Shown here piece by piece: positions 9,931 through 18,766 of a DNA stretch of 64,000 nucleotides. Each line of letters starts with the position of its first letter. The stretch's first letter is position 1. Source of the DNA: Kofleriaceae bacterium (lineage in GTDB: Bacteria; Myxococcota_A; Polyangia; Haliangiales; Haliangiaceae); contig CBDCCZ010000019.1 in NCBI GenBank assembly GCA_965215005.1, positions 32,001 through 96,000 of the forward strand, read 5' to 3'. The notes under the pieces were generated by a model. That model did no database searches. It worked only from the letters and a program-made list of their open reading frames with translations, and was not told the origin of the DNA. The position numbers were made by a program, and so were the translations under genes.

Positions 9931-10908
9931 GCGGCGCCGAAGCCCGGGCGCTCATGCGCCGCGAGATCCTGGCGCAGCCGGAGGTGCTGGCCGCCGCCGT
10001 GGAGCCGCTCGTCGAAAGGGCGCGGGGGCTCGGCCTCGACCGCGCGCGCCCGCTCTGGATGGGCGGCTGCGGCGACGGCCTCTTCGCAGCCCAGGCGCTC
10101 GCGGGGGTGTTCCGGGCCGAGGGCTGGGACCCGCGTCCCGCCTCGGCCGCGGAGATGCTGTGGGACGCGCGGGTCCGGCCCGGCGACGGGGTGGTGGGCG
10201 TCTCGATCTCGGGCGGGACGCGGCGGACGGCGGAGGCGATGGAGCGGGCGACCGCCCTCGGCGCGCGGACCGTCGCGGTGACGCTCGACCCCGAGAGCCG
10301 CCTGGGGCGGGCCTGCGGCGTGGTGCTCCCCCTGCCCTACGAGCCCATCAGCCGGAGCACGCCTCACAGCCTCGACTACACGATGACGCTGCTGGCCCTG
10401 GCGGCGATCGCCGGCCTGGACGCGCCCGCGCTCCAAGCGGCCGGCGGCCGCGACCGGCGACGCGGGGCCGGCGCTTCCGGAGCTCTCACCCGACACGCGA
10501 TTCTTCTTCCTCGGCGGCGGTCCGGCGTCGGGCTCGGCCGGCTACGGCGCGGCGAAGCTGCACGAGGCGGGGGGGCTGCCCGCCTGGGCACTCGAAGCGG
10601 AGAACTTGTCTGCCACGGCGCGAACTTCATGATGCGGGCGGGCGACGTCGCCGTGCTCTGCGGCGGGGGCGGCCCGGCCGACCGCCGGACACTCGCTCTC
10701 GAGGACGGGCTCGGGCGCCTGGGGCTCCGCACGATCCGGGCGGGGCTCGATGAGGCGCCGCTCCTCAACCGCCCCTTCGCAGCTGCGCGCACGGTCCAGG
10801 CGCTCTGCCTCCGTGGCCGAGGCTCGCGACCTCGACGTGGCGGACCCGGGCGGGGCGTCCGAAGCGGCGGCGGTGCAGAAGGACTGGTTCGGATGGTCGT
10901 CAGCCTGA
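9927..10908 (+). CDS. Double-SIS sugar-phosphate isomerase/deglycase-like protein (GlmS/AgaS/FrlB family), frameshifted
   Basis: MRREILAQPEVL, GCGDGLFA, VGVSISGGTRRT; shifted frames give FFFLGGGP..YGAAKLHE and E..CHG; ends KDWFGWSSA*. Confidence 0.75.
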
Positions 10909-11871
10909 GCCCCGGGCCGAGGCGCGCCACCTCAGGCCCGCGCCTACGACATCGTCGGCGATCACGCTGCCGATCAGCAGCACGCCCACCGCGGCGAGCT
11001 GCCAGGCCTGGGAGATGTTGGCGAGCTGCAACGCCGCCTGGAGCGTGACCACGATCAGCACCGCGAGCACCGTCCCCGCGATCCGGCCCGTACCGCCGAA
11101 GATGTGCGTGCCGCCAAGGACGGCCACCGTGACCGAGAGCAGCTCCATGCCCTCCCCCGCGTCGGGCCGCGCGGCCTGGAACCACGACAGCGTCATGATC
11201 GCACCCACCGCCGCGAGCATCCCGCTCAGGCAGTAGAGCCCGAAGCGCAGCCGCGCGACGCCGACGCCCGCGAGGTAGGCCGCGCGCTCGTCGTTGCCGG
11301 CGGCGTAGAGGTGCGCGCCCATCCGGGTGCGGGACAGCAGGACGTGGAGCATCAGCGCCAGCGGCAGGAACACGGCCCAGAGGTGGTTGGGGATCGCCAG
11401 CGTGCGCCCCTGACCGAGCCAGGCGAAGCCGTCCGGCAGCCCGCCGATCGGCGAGCCGCCCGTGAGCGCGAGCGCGAGCCCGCCATAGGCGAACATCGTC
11501 GCCAGCGTCGCCATGAGCGACGGCACGCCCAGCACCGTGACGAGCGCGGCGTTGACCGCCCCGAGCGCCAGGCCCATCCCGAGGCCCGCCACGCAGGCGA
11601 GCGCCACGGGCACGCCCGCCGCGTGGAGCGCGGCGATGCCGAGCCCCGTGAGCGAGAGCGACGCACCAATCGACAGGTCGATGCCGGGGCCGCCCGAGAT
11701 CATCACCAGCGTCTGCCCGAGCGCCAGCACGCCCAGCACGGGCACATACTGCAGCAGGTAGGAGATGGTGGAGACCTGCAGGAAGTGAGGAGACAGCGCC
11801 GCCCCGAGGGCGAGCGCGGCGACCCAGAGCCCCAGGAGGAACCAGATGCGCTGCGTGAGCGGATCCGTCAT
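10900..11871 (-). CDS. ABC transporter permease (LsrD/RhaQ-like)
   Basis: MTDPLTQR; GQTLVMISGGPGIDLSIG, YAAGNDERAA, VLGGTHIFGG. Confidence 0.9.
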   Translation of the reverse strand: MTDPLTQRIWFLLGLWVAALALGAALSPHFLQVSTISYLLQYVPVLGVLALGQTLVMISGGPGIDLSIGASLSLTGLGIAALHAAGVPVALACVAGLGMGLALGAVNAALVTVLGVPSLMATLATMFAYGGLALALTGGSPIGGLPDGFAWLGQGRTLAIPNHLWAVFLPLALMLHVLLSRTRMGAHLYAAGNDERAAYLAGVGVARLRFGLYCLSGMLAAVGAIMTLSWFQAARPDAGEGMELLSVTVAVLGGTHIFGGTGRIAGTVLAVLIVVTLQAALQLANISQAWQLAAVGVLLIGSVIADDVVGAGLRWRASARGSG

Positions 11872-12848
11872 CGCGGCACGCCCGTCCGCCTGCCCTCGAG
11901 CGCGTCGAGCGTCAGCACCGTGATCAGGAGCGCGCCGATCACCACCGTCTCCCAGAGCGAGGATACGCCCGTAAGCACGAGCCCGTTCTGCGTCAGCTTG
12001 ATGAAGAGCACCCCCATCAGCGCGCCGGCGAGGCTGCCCACGCCGCCGCGGATGTTGGCGCCGCCGAGGATGGTCGCCGCGATCGCCTCGAGCGCGATGT
12101 TGGTGCCGATGTTGACCTCCACGTTGCGCAGCCGGGCGACGTAGAGCACGGCGGCGAGCCCCGCGAGGAGGCCGAGGAGCGCGTAGGCCTGGATCTTGGT
12201 GCGATCCACGGGGATGCCTGCGAGCCGGGCCGAGCCCTCGTCGCAGCCGATCGCGACCACCCGCCGGCCCCAGGGCGTGCGCCTCAGCGCGAGCCAGACC
12301 ACGAGGTAGACCGCGCCGATGGTGAAGGCGCCCGCCGGGATGCCCAGCACGTCGCCCAGCACGAGGAACGACAGCGTCCCCGGCAGCCCGCTGATCCAGG
12401 TGCCCCCGATGACGAGGAAGAGCACCGCGAGGAAGATGTACATCGTCCCCAGCGTGGCGATGATGGGCGGCATCCGCGTCTTGGCGACGAGGAGGCCGTT
12501 GATGGCGCCGAGAGCCGCCCCCGCCGCCAGGCCGATGGGGACCACCACGATGTCGGGGAGGCCCGCCTGGTAGGCCCGCCCGATGAAGATGGCGGAGACG
12601 GCCAGCACGCCCCCCACGCTGACGTCGATGCCGCCCAGCACGATCACGACCGTCATGCCCGCGCAGATCACCGCGAGGTCCACCGAGCTGCGCAGCACCG
12701 TGGTCAGGTTGCGCTCGGTGAGGAAGACGTCGGACTGCGCCGCAAACACCGCGCACAACAGCACGAGCGCGACCGCCAGCAGCCGCTCCCGCGACAGCCC
12801 GCCGGAGCGGCCGAGCGCCGCCCCGCGGAGCATGCCGGCGACCGTCAC
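11868..12848 (-). CDS. ABC transporter permease (LsrC/RhaP-like)
   Basis: GMTVVIVLGGIDVSVG, PPIIATLG, LEAIAATILGGANIRGG; start approximate. Confidence 0.9.
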   Translation of the reverse strand: MTVAGMLRGAALGRSGGLSRERLLAVALVLLCAVFAAQSDVFLTERNLTTVLRSSVDLAVICAGMTVVIVLGGIDVSVGGVLAVSAIFIGRAYQAGLPDIVVVPIGLAAGAALGAINGLLVAKTRMPPIIATLGTMYIFLAVLFLVIGGTWISGLPGTLSFLVLGDVLGIPAGAFTIGAVYLVVWLALRRTPWGRRVVAIGCDEGSARLAGIPVDRTKIQAYALLGLLAGLAAVLYVARLRNVEVNIGTNIALEAIAATILGGANIRGGVGSLAGALMGVLFIKLTQNGLVLTGVSSLWETVVIGALLITVLTLDALEGRRTGVPR

Positions 12849-12873
12849 GCCGCCGTTCCGGGGCCGGTGCGTC

Positions 12874-13851
12874 TCAGAAGTCGAACTCGTCCACGTTCTC
12901 AGCCGTGAAGACCGCGGGCTGGCCGAGGAGCACGATGTCATCCTGCGGATAGGTCACGTCGAGGCCCGGCACCTCGAAGCCCTCGTCGATCGTGCCGCCA
13001 TCCGCGAGGTGCGCGGCCACGTGGACCGTCAAGTAGCCGAGATCGGCGGGGTTCCACAGCACCGAGAAGGGCATGGCGCCGGACTTGATGTAGTCCCGCG
13101 CGGTGTTGGGCGAGCAGTATCCGGCGCTCACCACCTCGCCCGTCATCCCCGCCGCCTCGACCGCCTGGGCGATCCCGGGGCAGGTCGTGGACGCCATGCC
13201 GAGCACCGCCATCAGGTCGGGGTTGCGGGTCATCGCGTCGGTGGCGAACTGGTAGGCGCGCGCCGCCGTGCCGTCGGTGTGATCGACGGAGACGATCTCG
13301 ATCTCGGGGTACTCGGACGCCGCGCGCTCCTCGATCGCGGCGATCCAGTTCTGCATCGACTGGATCGTGGGCGAGTCCGAGACGATGGCGATCTTGCCGC
13401 TCTCGCCCGTGCGCGCCACCGTCTCGTCGAGCAGCGTGTGGCCGAGGTCGCGGTCGAGCGCCTGGGCCACGAAGTACTGCCGTTCGGTGTCCGGCGCATC
13501 GGCGTCGGAGGTCAGCACGACGATCCCCTGCTCGCGGGCGCGCGCGATGGCGGGGCGCAGGCTCTCCTCGTCCAGGGGCGAGATCGCGATGACGTCGAAG
13601 CCCTGGTTGACGAAGCTCTCGAAGATGCGGAGCTGGTCGGCGGCGTTGGTGCTGGTGGGTCCCTCCTGGACGTACTCGACGCCGAGCTCCTCGGCCGCGC
13701 GCAGGGCCCCCTCCTCCATGGCGACGTAGTAGGGGATGCCCGCGATCTGCGGGATGAAGGCGATCTGCGTGGTCTCCTGCGCCGCGAGGGGCGAAGCGAG
13801 CCCCAGCGCGGTCGCCGCGCCGAGCAGCACGGTTCTGCGGTCGAGGGTCAT
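12874..13851 (-). CDS. ABC substrate-binding protein, LsrB/RhaS (AI-2/rhamnose-like) clade, twin-Arg-like signal
   Basis: DRRTVLLG signal; FIPQIAGIPYY, DADAP, QNWI, LWNPADLGY, FTAENVDEFDF. Confidence 0.85.
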   Translation of the reverse strand: MTLDRRTVLLGAATALGLASPLAAQETTQIAFIPQIAGIPYYVAMEEGALRAAEELGVEYVQEGPTSTNAADQLRIFESFVNQGFDVIAISPLDEESLRPAIARAREQGIVVLTSDADAPDTERQYFVAQALDRDLGHTLLDETVARTGESGKIAIVSDSPTIQSMQNWIAAIEERAASEYPEIEIVSVDHTDGTAARAYQFATDAMTRNPDLMAVLGMASTTCPGIAQAVEAAGMTGEVVSAGYCSPNTARDYIKSGAMPFSVLWNPADLGYLTVHVAAHLADGGTIDEGFEVPGLDVTYPQDDIVLLGQPAVFTAENVDEFDF

Positions 13852-14621
13852 GCGGTCTCTCCTTCTGTGATGGGTTCGGGTGCCTCGGCGCCTCGCCGGA
13901 CGAGGCTCGCGCCCGTGATGAGGCCCACGACCTCCTCGGGCTCGGTGGAGGCGGTGTCGCGCACGCCGATCCGCTTGCCGTGCCGCAGCGCCGTGATGCG
14001 GTCGGAGACGGCGAAGACGTCCTGGATGTTGTGCGAGATCAGGATCACCGACTTCCCCTGGTCCCTGAGGCGCCGGACGAAGTCGAGCACCTTGCGCTGC
14101 TCGGCCACGGCGAGCGCGGCGGTCGGCTCGTCCATGACGATGATCTCGGCGTCGATGTTGAGCGCCCGCGCGATGGCGACCCCCTGGCGCTGGCCGCCCG
14201 AGAGCCGCTCCACCCAGGCGTCGAGCGAGGGGACATGGACGTCGAGCTCGGCCAGCAGCTCCGCGGTGCGCGCGCGCATCGCGCGGCGGTCAAGGAAGGC
14301 GATCCCCGCGACCCGGCGCACGATCTCGCGGCCGAGGAACACGTTGTCGGGGATGGGCATCTTCCCGGCGAGCGCGAGCTCCTGGTAGATCGTTGCGACC
14401 CCGCGCGCCCACGCGTCCTGCGGAGAGGCGAAACGCACGGGCTCGCCGTCGATGCGGATCTCGCCCTCGTCGGGACGGTGCGCGCCCGACAGTGTCTTGA
14501 TCAGGGTCGACTTGCCCGCCCCGTTGTCGCCCACGAGCGCCATGACCTCGCCGCGCCGGACCTCGAAGTCGACGCCGTCGAGCGCCACGACCCCACCGAA
14601 GCGCTTGACGATCTTGGCCAT
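13848..14621 (-). CDS. Sugar ABC ATP-binding protein (single NBD)
   Basis: GDNGAGKST, LSGGQRQ, MDEPTAAL, LISHN. Confidence 0.93.
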   Translation of the reverse strand: MAKIVKRFGGVVALDGVDFEVRRGEVMALVGDNGAGKSTLIKTLSGAHRPDEGEIRIDGEPVRFASPQDAWARGVATIYQELALAGKMPIPDNVFLGREIVRRVAGIAFLDRRAMRARTAELLAELDVHVPSLDAWVERLSGGQRQGVAIARALNIDAEIIVMDEPTAALAVAEQRKVLDFVRRLRDQGKSVILISHNIQDVFAVSDRITALRHGKRIGVRDTASTEPEEVVGLITGASLVRRGAEAPEPITEGETA

Positions 14622-14656
14622 GGAAAGCTTCGGCGTCTCGGCCAGGACAGGCCTCC

Positions 14657-14672
14657 GGTGAAACGTTTAACC
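14657..14672. promoter_or_regulatory. Candidate LacI-family operator GGTGAAACGTTTAACC
   Basis: 16-bp palindrome with one mismatched pair and central CG, ~35 bp upstream of the minus-strand ABC operon; a minus-strand TTGACA lies at 14708-14703. Confidence 0.7.
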
Positions 14673-14763
14673 AGGCCGATGTGAACGGGTTGCGATCCCC
14701 GCTGTCAAGCTCCGGCGCAGGGCCCTGCGACCGCTGCGGGCGCGACGCCGCCTGGGGATGCGA

Positions 14764-15526
14764 TCACCTGGTCCTGCGGCATGCCTGAGCCTCCAGCACT
14801 TCGATCCGTGAGGTTTCCTCGCTCGGCAGATGGAGCCCGTGGGCTCTGCTTCACGCGCGTGAAGCGCAGCACGTAATCGTAGTGCGCGCTCTGCGTCGGG
14901 CGGCAGCCAGGCCAGGGGGCCGCGCGAGCCCTTAGAGCGGTTCACCCGCGCCTCGGTGGGGATGAGGTTCTTGCCGGGTCGACGGCAGAGGCGGTCGCGC
15001 CGCGGCCTCGCTCCCACGCGTCGGCGCCGCGCGCTCCAGGCATAGGCCAAGGGCACCACGTGGTCGACGTCGAGGCCCGCCGGCGTCGAGGTGGACCCGG
15101 CCGGTGTAGGGGTCGATTCAGTGCTCCGTGCTCCGCCTCGCAGCTGTCCGCGGACCAGCGGACCGGGCCGATGGACAACTCCGCCAGCACCTCGTGGCGC
15201 GTGGAGCGGCAGTCGCCGTCGGCGTCGGCCCAGCCCCCGAACAGCGCGCGGTCGTAGCGCGGCCCATCCTCCTCTGGGGAGGGCACGGGGGACACCCTCG
15301 CCGCGGCGGGCGCGTCGCAGTCCCCCTGCCCGACCTTCGGGTGCCGCCCGCCCGTGGCGAGGCAGCTCTCGATCGAGGGAAAGGGCGTGAAGCGCAGGGT
15401 GCGCTCCCAGTACGCCCCGCCCGGGCAGTGGCAGATGCCCGAGCGCGACAGCTTTACCTGCGCGGGCGCAGGCCCCGGGGCGGCGAGCGCGGCCAGGAGC
15501 AGGGCCGCCGCCGCCAGGAGGCTCAT
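14764..15526 (-). CDS. Exported DUF1524/HNH nuclease with N-terminal Cys/His domain; frameshifted
   Basis: Signal peptide MSLLAAAALLLAALA; KLSRSGICHC; W.DADGDC..TRHEVL; DVDHVVP; NRSKG..GP..WLPP across shifted frames. Confidence 0.7.
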
Positions 15527-15700
15527 GAGGCCCCGCCATGATCCGGATCGCGCGCGTCGCATGGGCGCACCCCATGCACGCGGACCGGGCCCGGATCAGC
15601 CCCCGGTCGTGGCCGCAGCCCGGCCTTCGCCGCGAATGCCCCCGACCCCGCCCGGGCCGCGGCCGCAGCACGGGGGTCGGGGGCATGCGGCGGCGCATGG

Positions 15701-15730
15701 TGTCAACGCCGGCTGAAAACCGACCCACTT
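15701..15730 (+). mobile_element. Solo IS21-like terminal inverted repeat remnant
   Basis: TGTCAACGCCGGCTGAAAACCGACCCACTT resembles IS21-family ends (from recall); no istA/istB nearby. Confidence 0.4.
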
Positions 15731-15837
15731 CGGGCTCGGATCGGGGGACCGCCCGCGCCGAAACCCCCCTGCCCTTCGTGCCTCGGGGCCATGGCCGCGT
15801 CGCCGCGGCGCTTGCCCGGACCGCGTCCCCGGGGCAT

Positions 15838-16149
15838 GGAACGAACGTGGAACACCGCTGGACCCGCATCCGCACCCGCATCGGCGGGCTGCGCCACGAG
15901 GACGACTGGTGCGTGCTGTGCGACGGCTGGGTGGTGGGCCGGGTGCTGCGCGACCACGGGGGCCTGGCGCGCGGCGGCGAGTGGGGCTGGAGCGTGCAGA
16001 GCTTTCCCGCCGAGAGCGGCCACGCCGATCGCCTGGGGGACGCCTTGGAGCGCGTCCGCGAGGGCGTGACGTTCGGGCGCGACGGGCGGCCCGAGACGGC
16101 CGAGGTCCTGGCGTGGCGCCAGGGCGGGGGCACGCGCCGCGGGCGGTAG
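15838..16149 (+). CDS. Hypothetical Trp-rich small protein
   Basis: C-terminal part of track ORF 15538-16149 has protein-like composition (DDWCVLCDGWVVGRV..WGWSV); start uncertain. Confidence 0.45.
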   Translation, partial: GTNVEHRWTRIRTRIGGLRHEDDWCVLCDGWVVGRVLRDHGGLARGGEWGWSVQSFPAESGHADRLGDALERVREGVTFGRDGRPETAEVLAWRQGGGTRRGR

Positions 16150-16202
16150 GCGGGGGCCGCGTGGGCGGGGGCCGCGTGGGCGGGGACCCTCGCGACGGCC
16201 GC

Positions 16203-16946
16203 TCACCCGCGCGCGCAGGCCGCGAGGAGGTCCTCCACCGCCCCGCGCTCGCGCGGGTCCATGGCGAGGTCCCAGCGCGCCTTCACGGCCACCCAGTCGG
16301 CCACGTAGCGGCAGCGATGGGCGGGCGCGGGCGGCAGCCAGTCCTCCGGCCCTTGTGCGGACTTCGCGCGGTTGGCGTCGCGCGTGACCGCCACCAGCGT
16401 GCGCGGATCGCCGAGATCGTTGGCGTAAGCGGCGCGGCGCTCGCGGCCCCAAGCCCAGCCGCCGCTGCGGTGCGCCTCCTGCAGCGGCACCAGGTGGTCC
16501 ACGTCGAGCGCCGCGGGGTCGGCGACGGTTGCGCCCGTGAAGGGCGCGCGCCACAGCCCCGCCACCACCGAGCAGCCGTCGCGCGCGAGCCGCGCGCGCT
16601 CGAGGCTCTCGGCCATGAGCACCTCGTGGCGCGCGTCGAGGCAGTCGCCATCCGCATCGCGCCAGTGCGGCCAGTTCTCGCGCTCGTAGCCCGCCCGGTG
16701 CTCCGGCTCGACGGGGACGTCCGCGAGGAGGATCACGGCCTGCGCCACGGCGGCGCGGTCGTCGGCCGAGGCGGGCACGGGGACGCGGCGGGCGCCGGGG
16801 GTCCCGGGCCAGTCGACGCCGAGCTCGGCCAGGAGCGGCGCCAGCACCGCGGTCTCGGCCGCGCGCACGAGCTCGGCCGCGGGCTCGGGCAGCCTGTCCG
16901 CGCGCTCCAGCACCACGAGGCCCAGGCCCGCGAGGAGGGCGACCAC
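16203..16946 (-). CDS. Membrane-anchored/exported DUF1524/HNH nuclease
   Basis: Hydrophobic N-terminus; YERENWPHWRDADGDC, DVDHLVPL, ANDL, NRAKS..GPEDWLPP, CRYVADWVAVKARW. Confidence 0.85.
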   Translation of the reverse strand: MVALLAGLGLVVLERADRLPEPAAELVRAAETAVLAPLLAELGVDWPGTPGARRVPVPASADDRAAVAQAVILLADVPVEPEHRAGYERENWPHWRDADGDCLDARHEVLMAESLERARLARDGCSVVAGLWRAPFTGATVADPAALDVDHLVPLQEAHRSGGWAWGRERRAAYANDLGDPRTLVAVTRDANRAKSAQGPEDWLPPAPAHRCRYVADWVAVKARWDLAMDPRERGAVEDLLAACARG

Positions 16947-17277
16947 GAGCGCGGGCGTGAGCCGGCGCGCGCCGCGGCGGCGGGGGCGGGCGCGGGCAGC
17001 GACGGGGGCGCGGTGGGACCGGCGGCGGGCGATGGGGGCTCTCCCGGGACTGCAAGGCGTGGCGGCGCGCCACCCCTAGCGGCTCGGCGCGGGGGGCGTC
17101 CACGCGGCAGGCCGCCCCGGTCGCCGCGGTTGCCGCACTCGCTCGACTTCGCCTCGTGCTCGCCGCGTCTTCGAGGCGAGTACCGCGCGCTTTGCCGGGC
17201 GCGGTTAGCGCCGCCGCCATGCCCCCTGCGCTACGCCCCGGGACCGTGGGGACGGGCGCGCACGAGGGGGTGGAGCC

Positions 17278-17700
17278 ATGCGGATGCTGATCGAGGTGGA
17301 GCCGGCCGTGGCGCGCCTCTTCCCCGAGGACGGGCCCGGACGCCTGCGCGCGCGGCGCCTCGCGCAATGCCTCGAGCGCTACGAGCTCATCCTCGAGCGC
17401 GCAGGGGCGCCCGCCTTCGCCGCGGCCGAGTGGGAGCTCCTGCTCGAGGCCTACGCCGGCACCGTGGCCGAGCCGGCCTCGGTGATCGACGAGTTCGCGC
17501 TCATCATCGAGGAGCCGGCCGAGGCCTGGGAGCTCGGGCGCGCGCACGGGGTCGACGCCTGCGCCCTCGTGGCCCGCCTGCGCGGGCTCGACGTCACGCA
17601 GACCGTGGCGCTCGTGGAGCGGCTCGAGCGCGAGCGCGACCGGCGCCGGGCGGCGCGCGACGAGGCGGAGGGCAAGGTTGTGGCGTTCCCGCGACGTTGA
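17278..17700 (+). CDS. Hypothetical protein
   Basis: 140-aa ORF with GGAG RBS and strong GC3 bias; no recognisable motif. Confidence 0.6.
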   Translation: MRMLIEVEPAVARLFPEDGPGRLRARRLAQCLERYELILERAGAPAFAAAEWELLLEAYAGTVAEPASVIDEFALIIEEPAEAWELGRAHGVDACALVARLRGLDVTQTVALVERLERERDRRRAARDEAEGKVVAFPRR

Positions 17701-17744
17701 GGCTGGGACCTGCGGGGGCGGGCGCGCGGAGGTGGCCGTCGGTT

Positions 17745-18037
17745 TGTTGCCCGGCGCACCCCGCACCGCCTTCGAGGCGCACCGGCGGCTCGCGGCGATC
17801 CACCCCTTCGAGGACGGCCGCGGGCGCACCGCGCGGCTCGCGATGACCCTCGTGCCGATGCGCGCCGGGTGCCCGTCAGCGATCGTGCGCCCCGAGCACC
17901 ACCCGGCCGACCTCGCCGCGCTCGCGCGCGACCAGGCCACGGGCGACGCTGGGCCCTTCCACGCGCTCCTGCACGAGCGGATCGACGCGGCACTCGAGCT
18001 CCTCCTCGACACCGTCCAGCACGCGCAGACGCGGTGA
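17745..18037 (+). pseudogene. Fic-domain fragment
   Basis: AIHPFEDGRGRTARL (canonical HPFxDGNGR with N to R); N-terminal half absent. Confidence 0.7.
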
Positions 18038-18089
18038 GCGAAGCCCAGGCGGCATGGCGCATCCTTCTCTGCCCCTCTCATCCCCCGGG

Positions 18090-18290
18090 CGCCCGGAACA
18101 GCTCCCCCGCCTCGACCCCGAACACCTAGGCGATGGCCAGGATGGCCTTGAGCGAGGGGTTGCGCTCGCCGCGCTCGATGGCCGCCGACATAGGTCCGGT
18201 CGAGCCCCACGAGGTCAGCGAAGCCCTCCTGGAAGTGCCCGAGCGCCCGACGCAGCACGCGCCAGTTGGTGTCGAAGTCGCGCACGGTGA
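18090..18290 (-). pseudogene. Degraded XRE-family HTH regulator
   Basis: QEGFADLVGLDRTYVGG / IERGERNPSL split across frames, with an internal TAG. Confidence 0.6.
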
Positions 18291-18508
18291 AGACCCTGCC
18301 TATGCGCCGCCACGCATCGGGAAAGAGGTTCCATCGTCCACGGACGCATCGTGTCATCTTTGAAGCCTGACTGACGGAGCTCAGCATGAGCCCCATCGTC
18401 CCTCCCGCCAGCCGAGATGGAACAGGCACCGCATTGTGCGGACTGCTCGCATTGACCTCGAGACCTGCCCAGGCCGCCGAAGCCTCGCATGGGTGCACGG
18501 GCTACCCG

Positions 18509-18766
18509 CTAGAGCCGGTGATCGGGCTCGGTGCCCGCCTCCACAGCGCCGAGGAGCACCGCGGCCGGGACCCCGAGCGCGCGCGCCAGCACCACAAGCT
18601 CGACCGCGTCCACCCGCCGCTCGCCACCTTCGATGCGCGCCAGCTTCGATTGATGCACTCCGAGCCGCGCCGCCAGCTCGCCCTGGCTCAGCCCCGCTTC
18701 GCGCCGCGCTTCGACGATCGCCGCCCGCAGCGCCTCGTGGCCCCCGCTTCGGATGGTCCTCGTCAT
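18509..18766 (-). CDS. XRE-family HTH transcriptional regulator
   Basis: ARREAGLSQGELAARLGVHQSKLARIEGGERRVDAVEL. Confidence 0.9.
   Translation of the reverse strand: MTRTIRSGGHEALRAAIVEARREAGLSQGELAARLGVHQSKLARIEGGERRVDAVELVVLARALGVPAAVLLGAVEAGTEPDHRL

Noticed and set aside
8079..11048. 989-aa PfkB-SIS fusion protein
   Set aside because: The middle section is off-frame Arg/Gly/Ala-rich translation over the eIF2B-like gene; a likely indel bypasses the stop at ~8985.
16148..16187. GGCGGGGGCCGCGTG short tandem repeat
   Set aside because: About 2.5 copies in very GC-rich DNA between convergent genes; no evidence of function.
14764..16946. GmrSD or SspE anti-phage system
   Set aside because: No DUF262/ParB-like domain or ssp genes, and both proteins have export-type N-termini.
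15703..18498. 931-aa minus-strand ORF and similar long overlapping ORFs
   Set aside because: Low-complexity shadow ORFs typical of very high GC DNA, overlapping better-supported genes.
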